Positions 15,448-26,900 are shown, numbered from the stretch's first letter. The stretch: DNA of 32,000 nucleotides from Caldimicrobium thiodismutans (GCF_001548275.1 NZ_AP014945.1:600001-632000), one strand, 5' to 3'. The notes: generated by a model not told the origin, from the letters alone. Numbers and translations: made by a program.

Positions 15448-17844
15448 ATGAAAATCATTGTTATTACTTGGCAATCTTATTATAACATGTTTTATAAGAT
15501 ATCTAAAAAAATTAAAGATTTGAATATAAAAGTTTACTCTGCACGAGTTCTTGAAAAAGAAGGTGAAAAATTAAAAGCAGTTTTAAATGAGATTAAGAGT
15601 AGTGATCTTTTATTAGTTTATAGATCTACTCAAGAAAGCTTTTGGGAAATCTTAGAAAAAGAAATAAGAGAGGGAAAAATAGGTAAAAAAATTGTCTATC
15701 TCTCAAGTGATCCTTCATTTTGGACCTATTCCACCGTAAATCCCGAAATATTGATTAAGGCTCAAGAGTATATTTTGAGAAATGGAGAGGAAAATATAGA
15801 AAACCTCTTTTACTTTCTTGCAAAGGAGGTGTTATGGCTTCCTGTAGAATATCGAGAACCTGAAGAAATACCCTGGGAAGGAATTTATCATCCTAAGGCA
15901 GAAAGAATTTTCAAAGACATAAAGGATTATTTTTCCTGGTATAAACCCAAAAAAGCTCCAACTATTGGAATTCTTTTTTCAAGACATTATTGGATAAACG
16001 ATAACTTAGAAGTAGAGAATTTACTTATTTCAGAACTTGAAGCCAAGGGTTTTAATGTAATTCCTATTTTTGCTTACTCTATTAAGGATAAATCTCTTGG
16101 AACAAGGGGAACAGGAGAGATTATTGAGGAATGGTTAATAGATGAAGAGGGAAATTCAAGAATTGATCTCCTCATAAAGCTTATTTTCTTTTTCATTCAG
16201 AGCAGTAGAGAGGTAGGTTTTGAAAAAAAGGAAGTGGCTGAGAGGGGGGTTGAGCTTTTAAAAAGACTTAATGTGCCTGTTTTAGCACCAGTTATTTCTT
16301 ATTATAAAACCATAGAAGAGTGGGAAAAAGAGGAGTTAAATCTTGATATAGGATGGGCAATAGCAATGCCTGAGTTTGAAGGGGTTATAGAGCCTATAAT
16401 TATTGCTGGTCAGGTTGAAGGAGAGGCAGATGAAAGAAGGCGCATGCCTATTCCAGAAAGAGTTAAAAAACTTGTAGAAAGAATTGAGAGATGGATTGAG
16501 TTAAAGAGGACCCCTCCCAAAGAGAGAAGGATAGCTTTTATTCTTCATAATAATCCCTGTGCTTCTGTTGAGGCAACAGTTGGTTCAGCAGCTCATCTTG
16601 ATAGCCTTGAGTCGGTAGTTCAAATTATGAAAAGGATGAAAGAAGTAGGTTACGAAGTTTACCCGCCTGAGAGCGGTAAAGCTCTTATTGAGGAAATTAT
16701 GAATAAAAAAGCCCTTTCTGAGTTTCGCTGGACAACTGTTGAAGAAATTGTTAGCAAAGGAGGAGCACTTGCTTTAGTTGAGGTAGAAGAGTATTTAGAA
16801 TGGTTTGAAGAGCTTCCAGAAAAAACAAGGGAAAGGATGATTTTAGCCTGGGGGAATCCTCCTGGGGAATACAAAAATGGAATACCACCTGCCATGGTTT
16901 ATGAAGGAAAAATTGTGATCACAGGGGTAAAATTCGGAAATGTGGTAGTTTGTGTTCAGCCAAAAAGGGGATGTGCAGGACCAAGATGTGATGGTCAGGT
17001 CTGTAAAATACTTCACGATCCAGATGTGCCTCCCCCTCATCAGTATATAGCAACCTATAAGTGGCTTTCAAGAAAATTTAAAGCCCATGCTATAGTCCAT
17101 GTGGGAACCCATGGGAATTTAGAATTTTTACCTGGAAAGGGAGTTGCTTTAAGTTCAGCCTGTTTTCCTGATATAGGAATAGACACAGTGCCTCACCTTT
17201 ATATTTATAATGCTGATAACCCTCCTGAAGGAACCATTGCTAAAAGAAGATCCTGTGCGGTGCTTGTAGATCACATGCAAACTGTTCTTACTGAATCAGG
17301 CCTTTATGAAGAACTTGAGGAACTTGATAGACTCCTTGGAGAATATGAAAGTGCAAAAAGAAAGGATCCTGCTTTAAAACACACTCTTGAACACCAGATT
17401 TTGGAGGCAGTTAAAAAAGCAAAATTGGATGTTTCTACAAAAGTGTTTTATAAAGGTAAGAAAAAAGCACTTTCTGAGCTTTCTCCTGAGGAAACCCATG
17501 AAATTTCTTTTGAAGAAATTGTATCTGCTTTGCATTCTCAGCTTTCTTTAATAAGGAATACTCAAATACAGGACGGTATGCATATTTTTGGAAAACTGCC
17601 AGAAGGGAAAAGAAGGGTTGAGTTTATCTATTCCATTTTAAGATACGATCCAGGAGAAGAAATAAGTTTAAGAAAGGAAATTGCTAAACTTTTAGGATAC
17701 GATTTAAAAGAACTTCTCTCTTATAAGGAAAAAGTTGATGAAAGGACAGGGAAAAGTTTTGGTGCTCTTTTAGAGGAAATAGATAGACTCGGGAAAGAGG
17801 TTGTAGCAGAGATTTTAAAGCAGGAGGGAATAGCCTATGAATAA
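15448..17844 (+). CDS. cobN: CobN/ChlH-type class I chelatase large subunit, N-terminal two-thirds (798 aa)
   Basis: CobN-family motifs IVHVGTHGNLEFLPGKGVALS, YIYNADNPPEGTIAKRR and IQDGMHIFG. No signal peptide. It ends at TAA 17842..17844, inside the next ORF's start region. Confidence 0.85.
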   Translation: MKIIVITWQSYYNMFYKISKKIKDLNIKVYSARVLEKEGEKLKAVLNEIKSSDLLLVYRSTQESFWEILEKEIREGKIGKKIVYLSSDPSFWTYSTVNPEILIKAQEYILRNGEENIENLFYFLAKEVLWLPVEYREPEEIPWEGIYHPKAERIFKDIKDYFSWYKPKKAPTIGILFSRHYWINDNLEVENLLISELEAKGFNVIPIFAYSIKDKSLGTRGTGEIIEEWLIDEEGNSRIDLLIKLIFFFIQSSREVGFEKKEVAERGVELLKRLNVPVLAPVISYYKTIEEWEKEELNLDIGWAIAMPEFEGVIEPIIIAGQVEGEADERRRMPIPERVKKLVERIERWIELKRTPPKERRIAFILHNNPCASVEATVGSAAHLDSLESVVQIMKRMKEVGYEVYPPESGKALIEEIMNKKALSEFRWTTVEEIVSKGGALALVEVEEYLEWFEELPEKTRERMILAWGNPPGEYKNGIPPAMVYEGKIVITGVKFGNVVVCVQPKRGCAGPRCDGQVCKILHDPDVPPPHQYIATYKWLSRKFKAHAIVHVGTHGNLEFLPGKGVALSSACFPDIGIDTVPHLYIYNADNPPEGTIAKRRSCAVLVDHMQTVLTESGLYEELEELDRLLGEYESAKRKDPALKHTLEHQILEAVKKAKLDVSTKVFYKGKKKALSELSPEETHEISFEEIVSALHSQLSLIRNTQIQDGMHIFGKLPEGKRRVEFIYSILRYDPGEEISLRKEIAKLLGYDLKELLSYKEKVDERTGKSFGALLEEIDRLGKEVVAEILKQEGIAYE

Positions 17845-19315
17845 AGAGGAAAAATTAAAAAGCATAAATTGGGAAGAGCCCCATTGGAGAGCTATAAGGG
17901 AAAAAGTTTTAGATTTAAATAAGAGAATTGAGGAATCAAGGGAGATTGAGGCCTTATTGAAAGGGTTTGATGGGGGTTATATTCCAGCAGGGCCTTCGGG
18001 ACTTATAACCAGAGGAAGGGATGATGTATTACCGACAGGTAGAAATTTTTATAGTCTTGATCCCCATAGAGTTCCAACTAAGTCAGCCTTTGAGGTTGGG
18101 AAAAGGCTTGCTGAAAAACTTATAGAAAAACATCTTCAAGAAGAAGGAAGGTATCCTGAAAATGTGGCTATTTTCTGGATGGCAAATGATATAATGTGGG
18201 CTGATGGTGAGGGAATGGGACAGATTCTTTGGCTTTTTGGAGTAAAACCAAAGTGGCTTTCAAACGGAAGGGTAAAGGGTTTTGAGATTATTTCTTTAGA
18301 CGAGCTTAAAAGACCAAGAATTGATGTAACCATAAGGGTTTCAGGAATAACAAGAGATAATTTCCCCATGTGTATAGAATTAATAGATGAAGCTCTACAA
18401 GCTGTAGCAAGTTTAGATGAACCTGAAGAGATGAATTTTGTTAAAAAACATGCGTTAGAAATTCTTAAAACTAATGGTGGAGATTTTAGGTCAGCAACTT
18501 TGAGGATTTTCTGTTCCATGCCAGGGGTCTATCAGGCTGGAACTCAGCTTGCAGTTTATGCCTCAGCCTGGAAGACAGAAAAGGACCTTGCAGAAGTTTT
18601 TCTTTATTGGAATGGCTATGCTTATGGAAAAGGTATCTGGGGTGAGGCAAAACACAAAGAGTTTGCCAATATTTTAAAAACCGTGGATATTACCTATAAC
18701 AAGGTGGTATCTGACGAATATGATCTTTTCGGATGCTGCTGCTATTTTGGGACCCATGGAGGAATGACCTCTGCCGCAAGATATCTATCTGGAAAAGAAG
18801 TAAAAACCTATTATGGAGATACAAGAGACCCTGATCATGTTGAGGTGAGAGATCTGGCAGAAGAATTAAGGAGAGTGGTGAGGACGAAACTTTTAAACCC
18901 TAAATGGATAGAAGGAATGAAAAGACATGGATATAAGGGAGCTGGAGACATTTCTAAAAGAGTGGGAAGGATTTATGGCTGGTCAGCAACAACCAAAGAG
19001 GTGGATTCCTGGATCTTTGATGATATTGCAAGAACCTTTCTTATGAATGAAGAAAATAGGAACTTTTTTAAGGAAAATAATCCCTGGGCTCTTGAAGAGA
19101 TAGCAAGAAGACTTCTTGAGGCTTGGGAAAGAGGACTTTGGGATCCCGCTGAAGAGGTAAAGGAACACTTAAAGAAACTTTATCTTGAAATAGAGGGTTG
19201 GCTTGAAGAGGGAATGGGGGATTTAAAAGGGAATTTTCAAGGAGGTAGCATAGATATTATTACGGCTGAGGAGGTAGAGACTTGGAAAGAGAAGATGAAA
19301 AACCTTTTAGGGTAA
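17837..19315 (+). CDS. cobN: CobN/ChlH-type class I chelatase large subunit, C-terminal third (492 aa)
   Basis: [31 protein letters not shown] and the following sequence match the C-terminal CobN region. It has its own AGGAGG RBS 9 nt upstream of ATG 17837. 798+492 aa equals a normal single-chain CobN length. Confidence 0.85.
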   Translation: MNKEEKLKSINWEEPHWRAIREKVLDLNKRIEESREIEALLKGFDGGYIPAGPSGLITRGRDDVLPTGRNFYSLDPHRVPTKSAFEVGKRLAEKLIEKHLQEEGRYPENVAIFWMANDIMWADGEGMGQILWLFGVKPKWLSNGRVKGFEIISLDELKRPRIDVTIRVSGITRDNFPMCIELIDEALQAVASLDEPEEMNFVKKHALEILKTNGGDFRSATLRIFCSMPGVYQAGTQLAVYASAWKTEKDLAEVFLYWNGYAYGKGIWGEAKHKEFANILKTVDITYNKVVSDEYDLFGCCCYFGTHGGMTSAARYLSGKEVKTYYGDTRDPDHVEVRDLAEELRRVVRTKLLNPKWIEGMKRHGYKGAGDISKRVGRIYGWSATTKEVDSWIFDDIARTFLMNEENRNFFKENNPWALEEIARRLLEAWERGLWDPAEEVKEHLKKLYLEIEGWLEEGMGDLKGNFQGGSIDIITAEEVETWKEKMKNLLG

Positions 19316-20319
19316 TCTATCCCTTTACAGCCATTGTGGATCAGGAAGAACTTAAACTCGCTCTTATTTTAAATGTGATTGATCCTCTAATTGGCGGAGT
19401 TCTCATTATGGGAGAAAAGGGAACCGGGAAAAGCACTGTAGTTAGGGCTCTGGCTGATCTTCTTCCACCCCTTGAGGTAATTAATTGCCCTTTTCGATGC
19501 TCTCCCCATGGTCCTTACTGTGATCTCTGCAAGGAGAAACTTGAAAGGGGAGAACCCCTGGAAAAAATCAAGGTAAAAATGGAAATGGTTGAACTTCCCT
19601 TGGGTATTACTGAAGATCGCCTTCTTGGAAGCATTGATCTTGAATATGCCCTTATCACTGGAAAGAAAAAGTTTGAACCCGGCCTTCTTGCCAGAGCAAA
19701 CCAGAATTTTCTATATATTGATGAAGTTAACCTTCTTGAGGATCATATTGTAGATCTTCTTCTTGATTCAGCTGCTATGGGGATAAACCGGGTGGAAAGA
19801 GAGGGAATTTCCTTTACCCATCCTGCCCGTTTTGTGCTTGTGGGAACCATGAATCCTGAAGAGGGCGAACTTAGACCTCAATTTCTTGATCGCTTTGGCC
19901 TCTGTGTGGAGGTGCATGCCATAAAAGATAAAGAGCTTCGTAAAGAGATTCTAAAAAGGCGTCTTTCCTTTGATACAGACCCAGAAAGTTTCATAAATCT
20001 CTGGAGAAAGGAGCAGGAAAACCTTGCAAAAAAAATTTATCTTGCCAAGGAAAATCTGTCAAAGGTTAAAGTTCCTGAAGAGATCTATGAAAAGGTAGTT
20101 GAAATAACAACAGAGTTAAAACTTGATGGCCACAGAGGGGATCTCACCTGGATTAAGGCAAGTAGAGCCCTTGCATCCCTTGAGGGAAAGGAAAAGATTA
20201 CCAAGGAAGAACTCAAAAGGACAGGACTTATGGTTTTAAGGCACCGACTTAAAAGACTTCCCTTTGAAGACATAGAAAGGGAAAAGGAGAGACTCTATGA
20301 ACTTTTGGAAAGACTTTGA
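19282..20319 (+). CDS. chlI: ChlI/BchI-type AAA+ chelatase motor subunit
   Basis: [16 protein letters not shown], Walker [10 protein letters not shown], Walker [16 protein letters not shown] and [24 protein letters not shown] start with a GAGGAGG RBS. It overlaps cobN-C by 34 nt. Confidence 0.88.
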   Translation: MEREDEKPFRVIYPFTAIVDQEELKLALILNVIDPLIGGVLIMGEKGTGKSTVVRALADLLPPLEVINCPFRCSPHGPYCDLCKEKLERGEPLEKIKVKMEMVELPLGITEDRLLGSIDLEYALITGKKKFEPGLLARANQNFLYIDEVNLLEDHIVDLLLDSAAMGINRVEREGISFTHPARFVLVGTMNPEEGELRPQFLDRFGLCVEVHAIKDKELRKEILKRRLSFDTDPESFINLWRKEQENLAKKIYLAKENLSKVKVPEEIYEKVVEITTELKLDGHRGDLTWIKASRALASLEGKEKITKEELKRTGLMVLRHRLKRLPFEDIEREKERLYELLERL

Positions 20320-22135
20320 AGAGACCTTTTTTCCAGAAATAAAGGGAAATCTGAGTGTAAAACTTGCCTTAGTGCTTAATCTCATTGATCCAAATTGTAG
20401 CGGAGCACTAATTCTTGGAGAGTCTGGCACAGGAAAATCAAAACTTCTTATAAACTTTTACAAAATGGCCAAGGCCTTAAGTTTACCCTGTGAATATCTT
20501 CCCCTGGGGGTGAGTGAAGAAAATCTTCTTGGAGGCCTTGATCTTGAAAGAACCTTAGAAAAAGGAGAAATTATCAACTTTGAAGGGATTTTATCTAAGG
20601 TTAAAGGGGGATATTTACTTGTAGATGACCTTTATCTTCTCTCTGAATCCCTTCTATCTATTATTTTTAGTAAGATCCATACTTTTACCCTTATTGCTAC
20701 CCATAATCCCCTTGAGGGTGAGATAAACCCCCATTACCTTGAAAAAATAGGACTTATTGCCTTTACTGAGGCCTTTGGAAATAGAGCGCTTCGCAAGGAT
20801 CTACTGAAAGAAAAATTTAATTTAAATGATGAGAAAGAGCCCTCTCAAAGGGCCCTAAGAAAAATAATTCTGGTAAGAAATCTTTTAAAAAGGGTAAAGA
20901 TCCCTGAGTCTATGTGGGAAAAGGCAGTAAATCTTGCCTTAAAAGAAGGGGCTCTATCCCACCGAAGTGAAATCATCCTTCTTCTCTCTGCAAGAGCCTT
21001 TACAGCTTTAAAAAATGAAGAGTCCATAAAAGAGGAGTATCTCTCCTTCCTAGCACCCTTAGTCTTCACCCATAGAAAAAAATTAAAAGAAGAAAAACCT
21101 GTAGAACCTAAACAAAGGGATATAGAGAGCAAAGGAGAAAAAAAAGAGGAGTCTCAAAGAAGAGAAATTAAGCCTGAAGAGAGCCCTAAGGATGAAAAAG
21201 TGGGAAATTTCAATTTTTCAATGGATACAAAAGGTAAGGTAAGTGAAGAAAAAGGAGAAGAAGAAAGGGAAAATCTTCAAAAGCCATCTTCTTCTAAGGA
21301 AGAAGTTTTCCCAATAATTATGCCTCAAGGGGTTTCTGAATTTCTTCTCAAGGGCAAAAAGGTGGGTTCCCATGGGAAAAGGCTTTTGGGAAAGAGCCAA
21401 TCATCATCCTTTCGCAAAATAGGAATAAAATTCCAGGGTGAAAGAAGGGAAATTGACCTTTACGAGACTCTCAAAGCAAGCCTTCCCTATCAAAAAGTCA
21501 GAGGCTTTAATGGAAAAATAATCATTAAGAAAGAGGATTTAAGATTTTCAAAAAGAGAGGGAAAGGGAAGGACTCTTCTTTTGCTTGTTGTAGATGGTTC
21601 TGGTTCTATGGGAGTTCATCAGCGAATGAAATATGTAAAGGGAGTTATTTTTCATTTTCTTAAGTCTTCTTACAGGAGGCGAGATAGAGTGGCTATCATA
21701 GTTTTTAGAAAATTTGGAGCCGAGCTTCTTGTTCCACCCAGTAATTCCCTTGAGTTTGCCTATAGAGTCCTTAAGGACCTTCCAGTAGGAGGAAATACTC
21801 CCCTTTCTGCAGGGCTTGAACTTGCAAAGAAAACGATAAAAATTTATAAGTCTTCCCATCCCCAAGATCATATCTTGCTTCTTCTTTTTACAGATGGCAA
21901 AGCCAATATCCCCATTAAGCCAAAGGGGGACCCCTGGAAAGAGATAAAAATTTTATCTGAAGAAATTGCAAAAATTAAGGGAATTACGGGTATTGTTATT
22001 GATACAGAAAAGGAAAGAGAGCTTATCCGTTTTGAACTTGCAAAAGACCTTGCTAAAATGCTAAGAGCTCACTACTTTAAGATGGAAAATTTAAGTGAAA
22101 CCACTTTAGTAAAAATTTTAAGAATTGCCAATTAA
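20297..22135 (+). CDS. chlD: ChlD/BchD-type chelatase subunit (AAA+-like N-domain, charged linker, C-terminal vWA domain)
   Basis: N-terminal GESGTGKS, a Lys/Glu-rich linker, and a vWA MIDAS motif [12 protein letters not shown]...[10 protein letters not shown]...[10 protein letters not shown]. It overlaps chlI by 23 nt. Confidence 0.85.
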   Translation: MNFWKDFEETFFPEIKGNLSVKLALVLNLIDPNCSGALILGESGTGKSKLLINFYKMAKALSLPCEYLPLGVSEENLLGGLDLERTLEKGEIINFEGILSKVKGGYLLVDDLYLLSESLLSIIFSKIHTFTLIATHNPLEGEINPHYLEKIGLIAFTEAFGNRALRKDLLKEKFNLNDEKEPSQRALRKIILVRNLLKRVKIPESMWEKAVNLALKEGALSHRSEIILLLSARAFTALKNEESIKEEYLSFLAPLVFTHRKKLKEEKPVEPKQRDIESKGEKKEESQRREIKPEESPKDEKVGNFNFSMDTKGKVSEEKGEEERENLQKPSSSKEEVFPIIMPQGVSEFLLKGKKVGSHGKRLLGKSQSSSFRKIGIKFQGERREIDLYETLKASLPYQKVRGFNGKIIIKKEDLRFSKREGKGRTLLLLVVDGSGSMGVHQRMKYVKGVIFHFLKSSYRRRDRVAIIVFRKFGAELLVPPSNSLEFAYRVLKDLPVGGNTPLSAGLELAKKTIKIYKSSHPQDHILLLLFTDGKANIPIKPKGDPWKEIKILSEEIAKIKGITGIVIDTEKERELIRFELAKDLAKMLRAHYFKMENLSETTLVKILRIAN

Positions 22136-22202
22136 AAGGAGATCAAAAGGCAAGGGCTTTTTGCCAAACCAACTCATTGGGAGTTAAGGGAGGAGAAAGG
22201 CT

Positions 22203-22631
22203 ATGGAGAGTTTGAAATATGTAATTGACTATGGAATTATTGGGGTTCTTCTTTTTATGAGTGTTATTTCCTTTGCCCTTTTTCTTGAAAGAAGAAGCAC
22301 CTTTAAAAAAATAAAACTTGAAAAATTTAGACATAAAAAAGAGCTTGAGATGGAACTTACCAAGGGACTTTATGTGATAGCAACCGTGGGATCAAATGCT
22401 CCTTATGTGGGGCTTCTTGGAACGGTGCTTGGAATTATGCTTACTTTTTATCAGATAGGAGAAACTGGTCTTGCCGATACTGCAAAGATTATGCAGGGCC
22501 TTGCTTTAGCCTTAAAGGCCACAGCCGTTGGCCTAATGGTTGCTATTCCAAATATTGTAATGTATAACTACCTTCTGCGAAAGGTAAAGGAAATCCTCTC
22601 CTCCTTTGAAATTAAGCAAGGTGAGGAATAA
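22203..22631 (+). CDS. exbB: ExbB/TolQ proton channel
   Basis: 142 aa with 3 TM segments and APYVGLLGTVLGIMLTF...ALALKATAVGLMVAIP. GGGAGGAG RBS. Confidence 0.88.
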   Translation: MESLKYVIDYGIIGVLLFMSVISFALFLERRSTFKKIKLEKFRHKKELEMELTKGLYVIATVGSNAPYVGLLGTVLGIMLTFYQIGETGLADTAKIMQGLALALKATAVGLMVAIPNIVMYNYLLRKVKEILSSFEIKQGEE

Positions 22632-22633
22632 AA

Positions 22634-23014
22634 ATGGAAGAAAAAGAATTTGATAACATTAATGTAATCCCCCTTGTGGATATTATGCTGGTTTTGTTAA
22701 CCATTGTGCTTGTTACCGCAACTTTTATCTCCATTAAAGCCCTACCTCTAAAACTTCCGGAAACAAAATATACCAAAGAGCTTCCCCAAAAAAGAGCTAT
22801 AGAATTAACAGCCACAAAGGATGGGAAAATAATCTATGAAGATAAAGAGATCACTTTAAAGGACCTTGAAATGCTTCTTAGCTCCCTATCAGAAGAAACT
22901 CCCATAGTGATAAATATTGATAGGGATTCTGCAGTTCAAAATCTTGTTAATCTTTTAGACTTGTTAAAAAAATACCACCTAAGTAGGATATCTATAAAAA
23001 CCATTCAAAAGTGA
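22634..23014 (+). CDS. exbD: ExbD/TolR
   Basis: INVIPLVDIMLVLLTIVLV with the conserved TM Asp, plus a periplasmic domain. It starts 2 nt after exbB. Confidence 0.88.
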   Translation: MEEKEFDNINVIPLVDIMLVLLTIVLVTATFISIKALPLKLPETKYTKELPQKRAIELTATKDGKIIYEDKEITLKDLEMLLSSLSEETPIVINIDRDSAVQNLVNLLDLLKKYHLSRISIKTIQK

Positions 23015-23015
23015 G

Positions 23016-23810
23016 ATGCTTTCTTTCAGAGCTTTAAGCCTATCTTCGCTTTTGCATTTTCTTTTCCTTTTGGGCTCTTATTTTCTTTTTTTGGGGCTCT
23101 ATCAAGCACCCTCAAAGGAGATTCTTGAGATCGATCTTTCTGAGATGCATTTTCAAGAAATAAAAGATGAGAATACTTCTTTTGAGTCTCAAGCAAAGCA
23201 CTCTACATTAAAGTCTATATCAAAGGCAACTCCAAAGAAGGAGGAAAAAACTGAAAAAATAGAGCAAACTCCCAAAGTTTTAGATCCAGATCAAGGGAAG
23301 GTGATTTTAAAAGAGGAGGTCAAGGAGAAGATTTCCCATGAAGACTCACCGGATCAGGTTAAAAATGTGGCTTTTCATGGTTCAGCTCTTTCACAGGTTT
23401 CAGCTCAGAGCTTTAAGGAGGTTTCTTCTGTTGAGAAAGGGGGAATAGGCCATGGCTCAAAAGATGGGGAAACCAGGGTTACAAAAATCTCCCATGGAGA
23501 GGAGGGGGGCTCTAAATATGACAGAGAAAAGCAATATCTTTCCCAGAAATTACATATTATTTCAGAGCTTCTCAGAAAGCATCTTGAGTATCCCTATCTT
23601 GCAAGGCGTATGGGCTGGCAGGGGGATCTGGTGTTAAGCTTTGTGCTCACTCCCTCTGGTGAGATTAAAGAGATTAAAATTCAGAAATCCACAGGATTTG
23701 ATGTGCTTGACAGAGCTGCCAAAGAAACCCTGCTTAAGGTCTCAAAATATTTCCCGAGACCAGAGGTTGAAGTAAGAATAAAAGTTCCTATAAGTTTTAA
23801 GTTAAATTGA
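23016..23810 (+). CDS. tonB: TonB-family energy transducer
   Basis: N-terminal TM anchor, a charged Lys/Glu linker and a C-terminal TonB domain YPYLARRMGWQGDLVLSFVLTPSGEIKEIKIQKSTGFDVLDRAAKETL...VPISFKL. Confidence 0.85.
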   Translation: MLSFRALSLSSLLHFLFLLGSYFLFLGLYQAPSKEILEIDLSEMHFQEIKDENTSFESQAKHSTLKSISKATPKKEEKTEKIEQTPKVLDPDQGKVILKEEVKEKISHEDSPDQVKNVAFHGSALSQVSAQSFKEVSSVEKGGIGHGSKDGETRVTKISHGEEGGSKYDREKQYLSQKLHIISELLRKHLEYPYLARRMGWQGDLVLSFVLTPSGEIKEIKIQKSTGFDVLDRAAKETLLKVSKYFPRPEVEVRIKVPISFKLN

Positions 23811-23821
23811 GTTTACAGATA

Positions 23822-23913
23822 CGGAGGGGGCGGGATTCGAACCCGCGGTACGAGGTTTTGCCCCGTACATGCGATTTCCAGTCGCACCCCTTCGTCCGCT
23901 CGGGCACCCCTCC
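23822..23913 (-). tRNA. tRNA-Ser (anticodon GGA), type II with long variable arm, CCA not encoded
   Basis: Reverse complement: GGAGGGG-TG-CCCGAGCGGACGAAGGGG-TGCGA-CTGGAAA-TCGCA-T-GTACGGGGCAAAACCTCGTAC-C-GCGGG-TTCGAAT-CCCGC-CCCCTCC-G. It has a 7-bp acceptor stem, a 5-bp anticodon stem, loop CU-GGA-AA, an 8-bp variable arm (one G-U pair), a T-loop TTCGAAT and discriminator G. Confidence 0.9.
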
Positions 23914-23926
23914 AGAATACTTGAAA

Positions 23927-26900
23927 CTACAATAATTTTAATCTCTCTTTAGAAAAAAGCAACCTTTCTATCTCTTCCTCAGGAAGGGGTTTACTGATAT
24001 AAAAACCCATAGCGTAATCACATCCCATAATATCAAGGGCCTGAAGCTGTTCTTTAGTTTCAACTCCTTCTGCACAGACCTTTATTCCAAAGGAATGGGC
24101 AAGATCAATAAGTCCCTTTACTAAAGACATCACTTTTTTATCAAACATCATATCTGAAATAAAGGAACGATCAATTTTTATAATATCAACAGGAAGTTCC
24201 TTTAGATGAATAAGAGAAGAATAACCTGTCCCAAAATCATCTAAAGCAATTTTTATAGAATTTTCTGTATCTTTAAGAATTGTTAATATTTCTTTAGCTT
24301 TATTTATATCTCTAATTACCGTTCTTTCTGTAATTTCAAGACACAAATAAGGATAATTATCTTTGGGTAATTTTTTTATGCGATAAATAAAGTTTTCTTC
24401 AAAAAAGGTTCTGGCAGAGATATTTATAGAAAAATTAAAATTCCATTTTTTAATTTGCTCAGAGGCTTTTTGAAGAACCCAATCTTCAAAGAGCCTTAAA
24501 TAAGGGGAATTTTCAAGGTAATCAATAAATTCTGATGGAGGATAAAGCTTTTCATCTTCTTTAATGCGCACTAAGGCCTCAACTCCAGCAATTTTATAGT
24601 TTGAAAGTTCTATATAGGGTTGATAGTAAAAAATAAAAAGATTCTTTTTAAATGCTTTTTGAATAATTTCTTCAGTCTTAATAAATTTTTCAAATTGTTT
24701 ACCAAGTTCAGAATTATAGAACTTAAAGGTTATATTTTCTTTTTTAGCTGTATTTAAAGTAAGGGTTGCCTTTTCATAAAGTTCTTCAAAAGATGAGCCA
24801 TCTCTTGGATAAAGAACAAGACCAAGATTATACTCAAGTTTTATAAAATTATTTTCAAAAATTATTGGTTTTTGAAAAGAAAATTTGATTTTTTCAACTA
24901 TTTTATTAATAATTTCTATTCTTGGAAGATCAAAAATCCATAGGGCAAATTCATCACCTCCTGCTCTTCCTATAATATCTTTTTCTGATAAGATACTTTT
25001 TAAACGCTTTGCAACTTCTTTTATAACCTCATCCCCTCCAGTAACTCCATAGGTATAATTGATCCAGGAGAGATTTTGTATATCTAATAAAAGAAGAGCA
25101 GATAGACGATTTTTATCCTCTGCTATTTTTTCATTTACTTTAAAGCTAAAGGTGGGAAAGTTATAAAGTCCTGTTAATGGGTCATAGAATTTGAAGTATT
25201 CAATTTCTTTGATAAGATATTCTTCCTTTGTTACATCTTTGCCTATGGCAATGAATCTGATTTCTCCATCCGGTAATTTAATGGGATGGATAGCCTCTTC
25301 AAGTTTGAAAAGGCTCCCATCTTTAGTTCGATTGATAATAACAGTTGAAAAGGTCTTACCAGAAAGAATAGTATCCCATAATTTTTTATAAAATTCCTGA
25401 CTGTGAAGTCCTGATTTAAAAATACGAGGATTTTTTCCGCGGATTTCATCGGGAGAATAGCCTGAAATTTCTGAAACAAAGGGGCTACCATATAAAATAG
25501 TTCCATTTTGGTCAGTTATAACAACCCATTCTTTACTTTGTTCAATTACATGAAAAAGAAGTTGATGTTCCTTTTGTAATTCAATCTTTTCGAGGGCAAA
25601 GGATATATCTTTTTGGATTTCCACTAAAATCTCTCTTATTTCTTCGGTAAAAAAATAAGGAACAGAAGAAATGAGGCTTAATACACCATAGGATTTTCCA
25701 TATTTGAAAAAGGGGATAGCTACACAAGAAAGAAAATTTCTTTTAAGCATTTCCTCTTTAAAATCTTCAGGAAATGGAAATTTAGGTGTATATTCATTAA
25801 TAGTTATTTCTCCTTTTTTTAAGGCAATAAGAGCTGGATGAGTTTCTTTTAAGTTTTGTAAGTAAGGAATACATAATTTTTTTGGAAAGTCTATTTCTTT
25901 ACCATAAGAGTAAATAAAAGTAATAATAGGGTCTTCCTTTTCTATTTTTCCAATCCAGGTAAGCTCAAGATGAAAGGTCTCAGTAAGGGTCTTACATAAA
26001 TTTTCAAAAATCTCTTTTTCCTGATTAGATTTTATAATAATTTCGTTAATTTTTTTGAGAATTTTATTAAAGGTCTCAAGCTGTTTCTCACGAGTAATAT
26101 CAATTCCGATGATAAGACCTGTGGGTTTATTGTTATAATGTATCGTTTGGGTATAACAAAAAAGGTGAATTATTTTCCCAGATTTGTGTTTTATTCTTAA
26201 ATCTGGATAGAAAAAAGGAAATTTTTGACCTTTAAGTCTTCTTTTGAGTATTTTTTCAGCTAAAGGCCTATCCTCTTCATAGACAAGATCAAGGGGGCTC
26301 ATGTTTAATATCTCTTCAAGGGTATAGCCAGTAACTTCAAGGCCACCCTTATTACTGAAGATGAATCGATCTTGATAGGCTGCTATTATAAGTCCAGGGT
26401 GATCTAAAAGATTTTCAAGTATAGATTTATTTCTGAAGAAAATGGATAAAAAAAGAATTTTTTTTAAGATCCTATTAAGTCTTTGAACTTCCTCTTTAGA
26501 GGCCTTTTCAAAATGGTCTATATTTTCAATTTTATCTATAAAATCTTTATATTTTTGATAGAAAGCCTTTTTAAACATAAGAAAATGGTAAAAGGGAACG
26601 GAGATTGTTTCCTCTATTTTAAGAAATTCTTTTTGATTCTGAGGAAGATCATTAAAAAAGCGCTCATACAAAAATAAAAAGTCAATCTCCTTATTATAGA
26701 GTTTTTCAAGTCCTTCCTTAAAACATTTGACAAAGACTATATCAATATTTTCAATGGGTAAAGAAGAAAGCAGAATTCCAAGATAAAAGAAATTAAGCTC
26801 AGGAAGACCAACTTTAAAGACTTTTTTACCTTTACGAAAATTTTTGAGGCATACAAGAATTAGCTTATCCTCTTCACCTGCCAACCGAAAAAGGGGGATG

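Noticed and set aside
22149-22165. Hairpin GGCAA-gggcttt-TTGCC between chlD and exbB as a terminator
   Set aside because: The stem is only 5 bp and no T-run follows on the plus strand. A T-run follows only on the minus strand, where there is no gene to terminate. It is probably not a functional terminator, so the operon is treated as continuing into exbB.
23822-23913. tRNA-Sec (selC), considered because of the long variable arm and the nearby selA
   Set aside because: The anticodon loop reads CU-GGA-AA, giving Ser and not UCA. The acceptor stem is 7 bp and the T-stem 5 bp, which is the standard type II tRNA-Ser geometry.
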